In this document: positions 55,236-64,000 of the stretch, one piece after another
How positions within the stretch are numbered: position 1 is the stretch's first letter
How the letters are laid out: each line of letters begins with the position of its first letter
Origin: an uncultured Acholeplasmataceae bacterium
Lineage (GTDB): Bacteria > Bacillota_I > Bacilli_A > Acholeplasmatales > Acholeplasmataceae
Direction of reading: 5' to 3'
Length of the DNA stretch: 64,000 nucleotides
Assembly (NCBI GenBank): GCA_963539835.1
Contig: CAUTMM010000003.1
Span: 78,728-142,727, forward strand
The notes under the pieces: model-generated
The model's input: only the letters and a program-made list of their open reading frames with translations
Told to the model about the DNA's origin: nothing
Database searches by the model: none
Made by a program: the position numbers and the translations under genes

Positions 55236-56033
55236 ATGATTAAAAAAATTTTTGTTTTTGACATTGATGGCACTCTATACTCCAAAAAACACGGACAAAT
55301 TTTGCCAAATACACGCAAACTACTTAAAGAGTTGAGTGAAGACAAAGAAACTCTCTGCGGAGTTGCAACAGGACGTGGAAAACCTAAAATCAAAGTTTTA
55401 AAACCAGTTTTAAAATATCTTGATTTTTTAGTACTTTCAAACGGACAATATATTGAGTTTCAAAAAAAAATAATTTCAAAACATTGTTTTTCCAACCGCG
55501 ATGTTGTTAAATTAAACGAAATTTGCGCAAGTAAACGAGTTAATCTAGGATTTACAACAAGTAAGTTTGCGTATTACGCAAATATGCATGACAGCGCTGA
55601 AAAAATGCGTGAAAAAGAATTTAAACTTGCAAATAACAAAAATATTTTAAGTAAAGAAATTTACTCACTTTGGTTGTCATCAAACTATCCTGAAGACCTA
55701 AGCTCAATTAAAAATGGTTTTAGTGGTTTAGACTTTTATTTTTGGAACAAACAAAAAGGACTAGACTGCACTTTAAAAGGTTTTTCTAAACAAAAAGGAA
55801 TTGAAATTTTAAAAAGTTATTTGACCAAAAATCAGTTAATTGAAAAAGATTGCAAAGTAATAGCTGTTGGAGATGGTGAAAACGATTCTGAGATGTTAAA
55901 ACATGCAGATGTGTCAGTATGCATGGAAAACTCAGATTGCGTTGAGTTAAAAGAGAATGCTGATTTAATTGCACCAACAGTAGATAGCGATTTACTTTAC
56001 TTTTTATTTAAGGAAAAGTTAATTGGCAATTAA
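55236..56033 (+). CDS. HAD-superfamily Cof-type (IIB) phosphatase
   Basis: 265 aa. Motif I FVFDIDGTL and motif IV GDGENDSEML. Confidence 0.85.
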   Translation: MIKKIFVFDIDGTLYSKKHGQILPNTRKLLKELSEDKETLCGVATGRGKPKIKVLKPVLKYLDFLVLSNGQYIEFQKKIISKHCFSNRDVVKLNEICASKRVNLGFTTSKFAYYANMHDSAEKMREKEFKLANNKNILSKEIYSLWLSSNYPEDLSSIKNGFSGLDFYFWNKQKGLDCTLKGFSKQKGIEILKSYLTKNQLIEKDCKVIAVGDGENDSEMLKHADVSVCMENSDCVELKENADLIAPTVDSDLLYFLFKEKLIGN

Positions 56034-56135
56034 ACAAAAAGTACCATTTACCTAACTTTATAGGAAAGTTAACTAAAAAATTTAAGAAAGCAACCTAAAG
56101 TTGTTTTGAGAAAAAAATTTTCAGTAAATAAAAAT

Positions 56136-56160
56136 AAGGGTGTGCGATATGCACACCCTT
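56136..56160. terminator. Bidirectional rho-independent terminator (HAD gene / giant surface protein gene)
   Basis: AAGGGTGTGC-GATAT-GCACACCCTT, flanked by A-rich and T-rich tracts. Confidence 0.75.
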
Positions 56161-56208
56161 ATTAAACTTTTTAATTTTTATTTTAGCGTTGGAAAATTAA
56201 ATAAAAGT

Positions 56209-59200
56209 TTAAGAATAAATGTATGGACGACAAGGCACAACCCCACCAATAAAGTTCATTGGGTAGTGAGTGTTACTAAAATATGTTGAGTTAGTGCGAT
56301 AAACACCTGTTATACCTTCAATATAGCCATTATAATTTTTATAAACTTCTGCGGTAAGATATGCATATGGTCGTTTACTTTGATCGTTGTATTGATTATC
56401 TTCAAAATACCAACTAGACAAATAATTAGTTAAACTAGCCGGAATTAGTTTAGCAAAATCAATACCACGATAAATTTGTGTAGTAGCCGCAGTCCAAGGT
56501 CCAAGAATTTCTTTTGCATAATCTGTAGGTTCTTTGACTAATTTGTTTATCTTACTTGGATTTACAGAATGGTAAAGAGCGTTATCTCCATGACTCCAGG
56601 TAGGTGGTGTAAGTTCTGCGATTCCCATAACCGCAGCAATATCTTTAAGCATCGCTTTGAAAATTGAGTTTTTAAATTCATATCCGGCGTAACCTCGGTT
56701 TGCAGATATAGTGTATGGCGAAAAGTCAATAATTTTTTCTGTCATTAAACTTTCTTTTGTAGCTAGTTTCTTCCAAACAACATCTTCAAATTTAAAGTAT
56801 TTGCCGTTATATTTCTCAAAACGATTGCCTTGCGTATCTTTTACAAATACACGGTTGAACTTAGCAACAAGGTCAAAGCCATCTGCGTTGAAGCGAAGTG
56901 TTCTTTCACTAACTTCTTCGGCTTCAAGACTACCTGGATTTTCTACTAAAGTTTGTGGGTACTGATATTTAACTTCTTCATACCAACCAAATTTCAAGGA
57001 GACTTCCGTGTTTTTTGTAACTAAATAGGTTTCAATGTAGGCTAAATTGTGTTTTGCGATTTTTTGACCGTCAATTCGGAAATCCAGGCGGTCAAAGCCA
57101 TAATATTCAACTTGACTTATTTCAATTTTGCCAATTGCAGCACCATGTTTAAGTCTGCGTTCATATAATTGGTATAGATCTTGCGGTGCACCTTCAACAT
57201 TGAAAGTTACTTTATAGACGTGTAGTTTTAAATAGATAGTAACAACATTGTGTTGGTCATCTTTGTGAACTGTGATAGTTGGATTTGAAAAAGTCATTTC
57301 GTATTTTTCAGGTTCAGGGTTTTCATATTTAGCGGCGTAAAAAGAACCAATTTTTGCTTTGTCTTTTTTAAATTTAGTTATCTCGTATTCACCGTCTAAC
57401 TTTTCCTTGCGAATTTCATAAGTAATATCTCTTTCTTTGGCTATGTAGACTGGATATAAGTAAATACTTTCCTTAGTAATAGGGGCAACAAATTTAGTTA
57501 AAGGTCCATCAATGTTAGCAGGATAATTAGACCAACCCGCAAAAGTCTCGGAATCAGTATCCGGAAGTTTGCGAGATAGGTTCACCAAGCGAGTCATTTT
57601 AACTTGCACGCCTTCTGGATATTGGTCGTTAATAGTTTTTTTGTAGTATACAGTGACAGACTTAAGTGAATAGTACTGATAAACTTTAACGGTGTTATCA
57701 CCTGGTGTTAAGTCAGCGGTTAGTTGATTTGCTTTAGTAGTATCTAAAAAGTAAAGGTCGTTGTTTAATTTAGGATATGCTTCGTATTTTGCACCCAATT
57801 CAACTAGTTGGTCTTTTTTAGTTTCAATAATTTCGTCGTACTTGTCGTTTAGATCAGCAGACTCACCTTGTTTTTCAAGGTAGTGTACGATTTGATAATT
57901 GACTTTGTGAATTTCAACTTCAAAGAAAGGCAAGAGGTCAACAGGTCCGGCAATTCTGTAGGTACTAAAATCTAAAGCAGTGGTTTCTAAATAAGCGCCA
58001 TTCATTTCTTTGCTGTCTTGCCAGTGTTTAAATTTATAAGTGCGACCATGGAAAACAATTGAAGGGTTAATTAACGGTTTAGGGATTTTTGCACCATACT
58101 TAAGCATTAGTTTAGTTGGCATATCGTTTATTTTTAGACCTTGGTTTGAAAAATAATAATAATTTATAAAATGTCTATCCCAAGTTACTTGAAAAACTTT
58201 GCGTATGTATCTTAACTTAAATACGGTAGAACCGTCTGGTGCAATATTTTGAGTCTGGCTATCTGACATTGTAAACCCGTGGTAGTACTTCCACATACCG
58301 TCTTTGCCGTCAACAGTTACCGAGGTGTTAGAAATTGCTCTTCTGGTAACTGTGCGAACTTCTTCAGCGATATCTCCTTCAATTCCTTCAAAAATGTGCT
58401 CAATTGTGTAAGTAGTGTAGTCTGGCGCAAATACTGCGTAGACTTTAGTAGTGTTTCTTGTGATGATAAAATCACCTGGTTTTCCTTTTGGAACAGATGC
58501 CCAACCGACAATCTTCCAGCCTTTTTTGACGTTAGTATTCGTATTAAATCTAAAGTAATTGCCAGCAGTTGCTTGAATAGACGGCCAGGTTGGATTCTCT
58601 ACTTTATCTAGGTCGTCGTCGTCAACGGTTGGAGTGATTTTAACGGTAACTTTTCTCTTTTTATATTTAGCCTCTAAGAATACGTTTTTGTTGTAAGCAA
58701 CTGTTGGGTCAAACTTGGTGCCTGAAACTAAAAAGCGATCAAACTCATAGTCAAAATATTGGTTTGTTGTAATTGGTTTGATTTGAGCAAGTTCATCTAA
58801 GAATCTCTTTGAAACGGTTTGTGAATATTTAACTGTCTCACCATTTTTAACATAGTCAGAAATAGAAGAAGAATCAGTTTCATTATAGGTATAAAACCTA
58901 ACTGTGTAGGTATTGGCCTTGTAGTAAGCAGTTAAAAACTTCTTGTCTTTTTCTTTCGTTACTATCAATTCAAATACAGTATTTTGACTCTTTGTGTAGT
59001 CGTTAATGTGGTTTGGATGCGGGTTGTTTCGCAGGTATTCACTGATAATTGAATCAAACCTTTTTAAATCAATCTTACCACCAATTGTAACGTCAATTGG
59101 ATACGGCAATTCTTTGACTTCATCTGGTGAGTTGTCTAGAGTTTCCCAAACTAAACGGACATAAACAGGGCGAGTGGCTTGATTTTCTTGCCACTTCGCT

Positions 59201-62200
59201 TTCAAAGTAAGGTCGCTGGTTACCACAGTTGGAGAATTGTCAGGGTCAAACGAAATACTTGAGTTGTCCAAAGAATTTACCCATCGTCTAAATTTATAAA
59301 TTATTTCTGCATTAGGGTCAATTTTAGTAGGGTGTTTAACATCTTTAATAATTTGTTGGTATTTATACTGAACTGAGGTGTGTGAGTTGCCGTTAACTTC
59401 ACCTCCATTATAGTCGTAAGTTACAGTAAAGATTTTTCTTGTGTAATTTAAAACAAAACTAGTTTGTCCGTTTGCCAGTATTTTTTTCTCTTCAGAAAAA
59501 GGAGCAAGTTCAAAACCTTCTTCTAGTCTAACCAGACGGTCAGCCTCAGTTACTTTAACAGTTGAGTTTACTACACCTATTTTGGTTTCTAGTTCTATTC
59601 TTTCAGGGATATTGTCAACACCAGGCAAGACGTGCTTGATAGTGTAGTTTACAGTAGTTTGTTTTTCTTCAAAGAAAGCAACTAAAGTAATATCTTTATT
59701 GACAGTAGTTGAACTAAAGTCAAAAGCAGAAATTTCTTTATATTCACCGTTCATGTCAGTTTTTAGCTGCCAATGTTTAAAGGTGTAAGTATAGCCTTCT
59801 TTAATCATGGTTGGTGCAAACTCAGGTCTGCGGACTTTACCTTGATACTTAATTGCTTGACTAGGTTCAAGAGACTCAGCAACATCACTAAAATAATTGC
59901 CGTTGTAGTTAACTTCAAAGTTAACTTTATACTGTTTACGGAAATATCTTAAGATAAAGTAAGTTGTGGTGTTAGCCTCAATAATTTTAGTTTGAGTTTG
60001 GTCAGCAATGTTAAAGCCTTCGTCGTAGCCAACTAAACGGTTGTCTCGGTTAACTGTGACTTTAGTTCCAACGTTTACTGTGACTTTAGGGTCTTCAATA
60101 GTCTTTGTCTTAACGTTGTCAACACCTTCAATGATGTGTTGAATGATGTAGCCTGCTGTGGTTACAGTTTCTTCAAAGAAGGCAACCAAGGTAATGTTTT
60201 TAGTGATTTTAGTGTTGAAGTTAAACTCACTTACAAAACGGTATGTATCGTTCATATCGTCTTTAAGTTGCCAGTGGATGAATTTGTAGTTAAAGCCTTG
60301 TTTTTGAATAGTTGGGTATTGAGCAGGTCTAATAGCTTTTCCTTCATACTCCACAGTTTGCGGACTTTGACTAGAAGCCTTGACGTCTTTAAAGTGATTG
60401 CCTTTAAAGTTAACTTCAAAAGAGACGGTAAACGTACGGCGACGATACACTAAGGTAAAGACAGTAGAACCGTCTGCTTTGATTGCCTGAGTTTGGTTTT
60501 GTTGATCAACTATAAAGCCTTCGTCATAACCAGGTAGACGATTTTCTCGGTTAATTGTAACTAAACTACCAATTTGCGCAGTTTTACTGTTATCAACAAT
60601 CTCTTGATTGCTGGTCTGACCAGTAATTCCGTTGATAATGTGTTTAATTGTATATTTAGCGTTAGCTGCACTTGACTCAAAATAAGCAACCAACGTTAAG
60701 TTTCTATTAACTTGAACATTGCCAAAATCAAAAGCAGAAACTTTAGCATAATTGCCATTCATTTCGTCTTTAAGTTGCCAGTGAATGAACTTAAAGGTGT
60801 AGCCAGGTTTAGTTAAAATAGGGTGGTTATTTGGTCTCTTAACTCTACCTTCAAAACCAATGATTTGATCTGGCTCCACAGACGAAGTGGCACCTGAGAA
60901 ATATGTGTTATTGTAGTTAACTTCAAAGTTAATACGGTAAGTTTTTCGTGTGTAGACTAAAGTAAATGAAGTAGAACCATCGGCTTCTATTTTCTTAGTT
61001 TGATTTTGTTGTTCCACATCAAAACCGTGGTCATAGTTGTCTTTACGGTTATTGCGGTTAACTGTGACTTGTGAGTTAATTTCTGCGTACTTAGTCTCAA
61101 TAATTTCTTTATCCGGAGAACCGTCAACTCCTTTGATAATGTGCTTAATTGTATATTTAGCACTAGATATGTCTTCTGCAAAAAAAGCAACCAAGTTTAG
61201 ACTTTGTGTAACTTGGTGGTCAGCAAAGTTAAACTCAGGCTGTTCTGTGTACTGCCCGTTCATAGCCAGTTCGTTTTGCCAATGTTTAAAGGTAAAAGTA
61301 CGACCAGGTTTTTCAATTGTTGGGTTAACAGCAGGTTTCTTAACCTTACCTTGATACTTAATTTTTTGGGTTTCTGGGTTTGGAGAAACACTTGCGTCTT
61401 TGACACGGTTGTTGTAGTTTACAGTAAAATTAACTTCAAAAGTTTTGCGTTCATATCTAAGTTCAAACACAGTAGAGCCATCTGCCTGAATAACTTTGCT
61501 TTGACTAGGTGTTTTGACAACAAAACCGGTATCAAACTCAGTTAAACGGTTGCTTTTAGAAATTGTGACGGTGTCGTTAGTTTGCGCCTTGCCATAAGTT
61601 TCTTTGACAACTTCGTCAATTTCATTTTCAATTCCTTCAAGGATATGTCTAACTGTATAAGTAGTTTCAGTTGGAGCAAACACAGCGTAAACTTCAGTTG
61701 TAGTTCTGCTTATTGTAATTTGTTGAACTGGTCCGCCTGGTAAAGTTGTCCAACCTAAGAACTTCCAACCTTTTTTAATGTTTGTGCCTAGTGGCAGATA
61801 GTTAAAATGTTGACCTGCAAATACTTTTTGAACAGGCCAAGTTTGACTGTTGACTTTGTCAACATCCGAGTCTGCTGCTTTTGGAGTTACTGAAACTAAA
61901 ACAGGTTTAGTTTTAAAGACAGGTTTCACAACTATATTTTTATTATATGGAGTGTTAACGTCTAGTTCCAAGCCAGTTGACTCATCTATTAGTTTTTCAA
62001 ACTCGTAGTCATTGTAGTCATCTGCTGGTTTTTGAACTTTTTTCATGGCTTCAATTAACTCAGCAGAAATTTTATTTGAATGTTTAAAGGTGTTAGTGCG
62101 TTTCAAAATATCTGCAACTGATTGATCTGCCAATCCTGTGCGGTTAAATTCAACATTGTAAGTTTTGGCTTTAAAGTAAAAAGTCAAGTATTGTTTTTCT

Positions 62201-64000
62201 AACTTATCTTCAACGTCTATTGCAGTTGTAGAGTTAGCTGAAAACACTTCGTCGTGATGGAAAGGATGTGGATGATTTGCTTTGAATTGAGACAAGGTTC
62301 TCTGAACATCTGAGTCGTCGCTTTTCAGTAGTTTGCCAACTGGTTTTTCTTTTTGAACTAAAGCCTCTTTAATTTCGTCTTGTATGCCGTCTAAGTTCTC
62401 CCAAATCATCTTTAGGTAAACTGGACGAGTGTTGACTTTCTCTTCCCATTTGGCTTTTAAAAGTAATGGTTTGGTAACTTTTACAGGGTAGTCAAAATCA
62501 AGTAAACTACCAGTTTCTTGATTTATCCAACCAACAAAACGATAAACTTTTTGTCCAGTTTGGTCTTTTTTAACAGGGTGGCTGATGTCTTTTAAAGTTT
62601 GCTCATATTGATACTCAACAGTCTTTTTGTTTTCACCATTTAATTCACCTGAATTGTAGTCGTAAACTACATTGAATTTACGACGCACATAGGTTAAGGT
62701 AAAAGTAGTTTGACCATTTGCCTGAATTTTTTTAGTTTCAGTTTGCTGAGGTAAATCAAAGCCGGCAGTTAAGTATTGTTGTAGACCGTTTGCTTCAGAA
62801 ACAGAGACCGTGCTGTCTACTTTGCCAGTTTTAACTTCTGTAACGGTTCTTTCTGCGATTTTTTCAACGCCAGGCAGAACATGGTTGATCGTGTAGTTAG
62901 CAGTAGCCACTTCTTCTTTAAAGTAAGCAACTAAAGTTGTGGCTTTTGTGATTTTGGTGTTAGCGAAATCAAATGGAGTCACTTCTTTATACTCGTTGTT
63001 CATCGCTGCCTTGTCTTGCCAGTGTACAAAGGTGTATGTGTAGCCTGGTTTCTTTAAAGCAGGCGCAAAATCTGGTTTTGCTACTTTTCCTTGAAATGCA
63101 ATGTCTTGTGTAGGTTGCGTGGTTTGAGTAACTCCCGAAAAATGAGAGTTGTTGAAGTTTACTTCAAAGTTTACTTTATAAATTTTTCTAATGTATTTTA
63201 AGACAAAAGTAGTAGAACCATCTGCTTCAATAGTTTTAGTTTGACTTTGCTTCTCTACATCAAATCCTTCATCATAACCGCTTAAACGACTTGAATTGTC
63301 AACAGTTACTTCACTACCTACAAGTGCTGATTTAGTTGAGTCTTTAATAATTTCGTCGTCTTGTCCATCAACTCCTTGAATTTCGTGTCTAATTGTATAG
63401 TTAGCAGTAGTTTTTTCTTCTTCAAAATAAGCAACTAAAGTTATATTGCTAGTGATTTTGGTGTTAGCAAAATCAAAAGCAGAAATTTTTTGGTAGCTGC
63501 CATACATGTAGTCCTTAAGTTGCCAGTGTACAAAGCGGTAGTTAAAACCAGGTTTAGTTAAAGTAGGCAATTGACTAGGAACTGTTGCCTTGCCTTCAAA
63601 TTGTACGGTTTCACTTGCTTGAACAGAAGGAGTGGCGTCTTGAAAGTGGCTGCCTTTGTAGTTAACTTCGTAAGTTACTGTGAATCTACGACGTTTATAT
63701 CTAAGGGTAAAAGTAGTTGAACCATCTGCTAAAATTGGCTTAGTTTGATTTTGTTGTTCAACTTCAAAACCAGCATCATATTGAGTTAAACGGTTTTCGC
63801 GGTTAACAGTAACAAGAGAACCGATTTGCCCTGATTTTGAGGAATCCGTGGTTGTTGAGTCAGCTTGACCAGATAGTCCTTCAAAAACGTGGTTAATGGT
63901 GTATTTAGCAGTTGTAACTTTCTGTTCAAAATAAGCAACTAATGTTAGGTTTTTAGTGATTTTGGTGTTAGTAAAATCAAATGCCTGGATTTTTTCGTAG
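56209..64000 (-). CDS. Giant repeat-containing surface protein (more than 2,596 aa; N-terminus lies beyond the right window edge), with a DUF6273-like C-terminal domain
   Basis: The ORF-track start at 63570 is a TTG inside a repeat. I translated 63571-63999 in the same frame and it stays open, reading ...ADGSTTFTLRYKRRRFTVTYEVNYKGSHFQDATPSVQASETVQFEGKATVPSQ-LPTLTKPGFNYRF. So the gene continues off-window. There is no LPXTG motif or C-terminal TM. Confidence 0.9.
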   Translation of the reverse strand, partial: YEKIQAFDFTNTKITKNLTLVAYFEQKVTTAKYTINHVFEGLSGQADSTTTDSSKSGQIGSLVTVNRENRLTQYDAGFEVEQQNQTKPILADGSTTFTLRYKRRRFTVTYEVNYKGSHFQDATPSVQASETVQFEGKATVPSQLPTLTKPGFNYRFVHWQLKDYMYGSYQKISAFDFANTKITSNITLVAYFEEEKTTANYTIRHEIQGVDGQDDEIIKDSTKSALVGSEVTVDNSSRLSGYDEGFDVEKQSQTKTIEADGSTTFVLKYIRKIYKVNFEVNFNNSHFSGVTQTTQPTQDIAFQGKVAKPDFAPALKKPGYTYTFVHWQDKAAMNNEYKEVTPFDFANTKITKATTLVAYFKEEVATANYTINHVLPGVEKIAERTVTEVKTGKVDSTVSVSEANGLQQYLTAGFDLPQQTETKKIQANGQTTFTLTYVRRKFNVVYDYNSGELNGENKKTVEYQYEQTLKDISHPVKKDQTGQKVYRFVGWINQETGSLLDFDYPVKVTKPLLLKAKWEEKVNTRPVYLKMIWENLDGIQDEIKEALVQKEKPVGKLLKSDDSDVQRTLSQFKANHPHPFHHDEVFSANSTTAIDVEDKLEKQYLTFYFKAKTYNVEFNRTGLADQSVADILKRTNTFKHSNKISAELIEAMKKVQKPADDYNDYEFEKLIDESTGLELDVNTPYNKNIVVKPVFKTKPVLVSVTPKAADSDVDKVNSQTWPVQKVFAGQHFNYLPLGTNIKKGWKFLGWTTLPGGPVQQITISRTTTEVYAVFAPTETTYTVRHILEGIENEIDEVVKETYGKAQTNDTVTISKSNRLTEFDTGFVVKTPSQSKVIQADGSTVFELRYERKTFEVNFTVNYNNRVKDASVSPNPETQKIKYQGKVKKPAVNPTIEKPGRTFTFKHWQNELAMNGQYTEQPEFNFADHQVTQSLNLVAFFAEDISSAKYTIKHIIKGVDGSPDKEIIETKYAEINSQVTVNRNNRKDNYDHGFDVEQQNQTKKIEADGSTSFTLVYTRKTYRINFEVNYNNTYFSGATSSVEPDQIIGFEGRVKRPNNHPILTKPGYTFKFIHWQLKDEMNGNYAKVSAFDFGNVQVNRNLTLVAYFESSAANAKYTIKHIINGITGQTSNQEIVDNSKTAQIGSLVTINRENRLPGYDEGFIVDQQNQTQAIKADGSTVFTLVYRRRTFTVSFEVNFKGNHFKDVKASSQSPQTVEYEGKAIRPAQYPTIQKQGFNYKFIHWQLKDDMNDTYRFVSEFNFNTKITKNITLVAFFEETVTTAGYIIQHIIEGVDNVKTKTIEDPKVTVNVGTKVTVNRDNRLVGYDEGFNIADQTQTKIIEANTTTYFILRYFRKQYKVNFEVNYNGNYFSDVAESLEPSQAIKYQGKVRRPEFAPTMIKEGYTYTFKHWQLKTDMNGEYKEISAFDFSSTTVNKDITLVAFFEEKQTTVNYTIKHVLPGVDNIPERIELETKIGVVNSTVKVTEADRLVRLEEGFELAPFSEEKKILANGQTSFVLNYTRKIFTVTYDYNGGEVNGNSHTSVQYKYQQIIKDVKHPTKIDPNAEIIYKFRRWVNSLDNSSISFDPDNSPTVVTSDLTLKAKWQENQATRPVYVRLVWETLDNSPDEVKELPYPIDVTIGGKIDLKRFDSIISEYLRNNPHPNHINDYTKSQNTVFELIVTKEKDKKFLTAYYKANTYTVRFYTYNETDSSSISDYVKNGETVKYSQTVSKRFLDELAQIKPITTNQYFDYEFDRFLVSGTKFDPTVAYNKNVFLEAKYKKRKVTVKITPTVDDDDLDKVENPTWPSIQATAGNYFRFNTNTNVKKGWKIVGWASVPKGKPGDFIITRNTTKVYAVFAPDYTTYTIEHIFEGIEGDIAEEVRTVTRRAISNTSVTVDGKDGMWKYYHGFTMSDSQTQNIAPDGSTVFKLRYIRKVFQVTWDRHFINYYYFSNQGLKINDMPTKLMLKYGAKIPKPLINPSIVFHGRTYKFKHWQDSKEMNGAYLETTALDFSTYRIAGPVDLLPFFEVEIHKVNYQIVHYLEKQGESADLNDKYDEIIETKKDQLVELGAKYEAYPKLNNDLYFLDTTKANQLTADLTPGDNTVKVYQYYSLKSVTVYYKKTINDQYPEGVQVKMTRLVNLSRKLPDTDSETFAGWSNYPANIDGPLTKFVAPITKESIYLYPVYIAKERDITYEIRKEKLDGEYEITKFKKDKAKIGSFYAAKYENPEPEKYEMTFSNPTITVHKDDQHNVVTIYLKLHVYKVTFNVEGAPQDLYQLYERRLKHGAAIGKIEISQVEYYGFDRLDFRIDGQKIAKHNLAYIETYLVTKNTEVSLKFGWYEEVKYQYPQTLVENPGSLEAEEVSERTLRFNADGFDLVAKFNRVFVKDTQGNRFEKYNGKYFKFEDVVWKKLATKESLMTEKIIDFSPYTISANRGYAGYEFKNSIFKAMLKDIAAVMGIAELTPPTWSHGDNALYHSVNPSKINKLVKEPTDYAKEILGPWTAATTQIYRGIDFAKLIPASLTNYLSSWYFEDNQYNDQSKRPYAYLTAEVYKNYNGYIEGITGVYRTNSTYFSNTHYPMNFIGGVVPCRPYIYS
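57403..64000 (-). repeat. Divergent in-frame tandem repeats, unit about 504 nt (167-169 aa), nested inside a ~3.25-kb internal duplication
   Basis: The [A/V]xYTIxH motif recurs at residues 56, 224, 637, 804, 971, 1139, 1307, 1720 and 1889 of the tracked ORF. It alternates with KPGYT[YF]xF[VI]HWQ motifs. DNA-level echoes are visible, e.g. gattttggtgttag[ct][ag]aaatcaaa at 62950, 63451 and 63958. Confidence 0.85.

Noticed and set aside
56209-56280. A C-terminal sorting signal (LPXTG, or a hydrophobic tail plus basic residues) on the giant protein and its paralogs
   Set aside because: The C-termini (…GGVVPCRPYIYS, …VFGVVVGKK, …VYGLVAAKR) are short and not TM-like, and no LPXTG is present. Anchoring is more likely N-terminal.
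56711-61545. Multiple 60-113-aa ORFs on both strands inside the giant gene (e.g. 58279-58611, 60136-60453, 61037-61354, 61204-61545)
   Set aside because: Repeat-generated shadow ORFs. The 7.8-kb minus-strand frame with its coherent domain repeats explains the region.
1-64000. CRISPR arrays, IS elements, transposases, integrases, prophage genes, restriction-modification or toxin-antitoxin pairs, and tRNA or rRNA genes
   Set aside because: None were seen. The only repeats are in-frame coding repeats of the surface-protein genes. No short direct-repeat/spacer periodicity, terminal inverted repeats or recombinase motifs were noticed. This rests on reading by eye, so short or degenerate elements could have been missed.

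Overview
This is a low-GC (roughly one-third G+C by eye), very gene-dense bacterial chromosome segment. Its gene content and order look Mollicutes-like or low-GC Firmicute. The standard genetic code is in use. Trp is encoded by TGG, and TGA ends conserved genes (uvrA at 24181-24183, the rdgB-kinase fusion at 40577-40579). That argues against Mycoplasma, Spiroplasma and Ureaplasma (code 4) and fits an Acholeplasma- or Phytoplasma-type lineage or a related Firmicute. I cannot assign a species. About 85% of coding sequence is on the minus strand, in three long compact housekeeping blocks: (1) rpoB-rpoC / rpmE-tadA-SRP RNA-membrane ORF-tkt-mnmG-rsmG; (2) ligA-uvrA-lgt-trxB-whiA-nusB-xseA-xseB-dxs; (3) tig-lon-engB-degV-valS-folC. 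Two regions are not ordinary housekeeping. The first is a paralogous surface-protein family. It has a 616-aa and a 762-aa member, a decayed remnant, and a giant protein of more than 2,596 aa that is cut by the right window edge. All share a roughly 240-aa C-terminal domain with a DUF6273-like motif pattern, and the giant one has nested repeats. The 762-aa member is translationally coupled to a CPBP/Abi-type intramembrane protease and two small polytopic membrane proteins. The second region is a plus-strand, translationally coupled trio. It encodes an orphan RCK/KtrA-like protein, an RdgB(HAM1)::kinase-like fusion, and a 1000-aa protein whose C-terminal half reads as a doubly degenerate GGDEF-EAL pair. 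RpoC also carries a 163-aa N-terminal extension with two helix-hairpin-helix motifs that resemble the RNA polymerase alpha C-terminal domain. I saw no rRNA, tRNA, CRISPR array, transposase, integrase or prophage genes. All domain calls come from reading motifs by eye; no searches were run.
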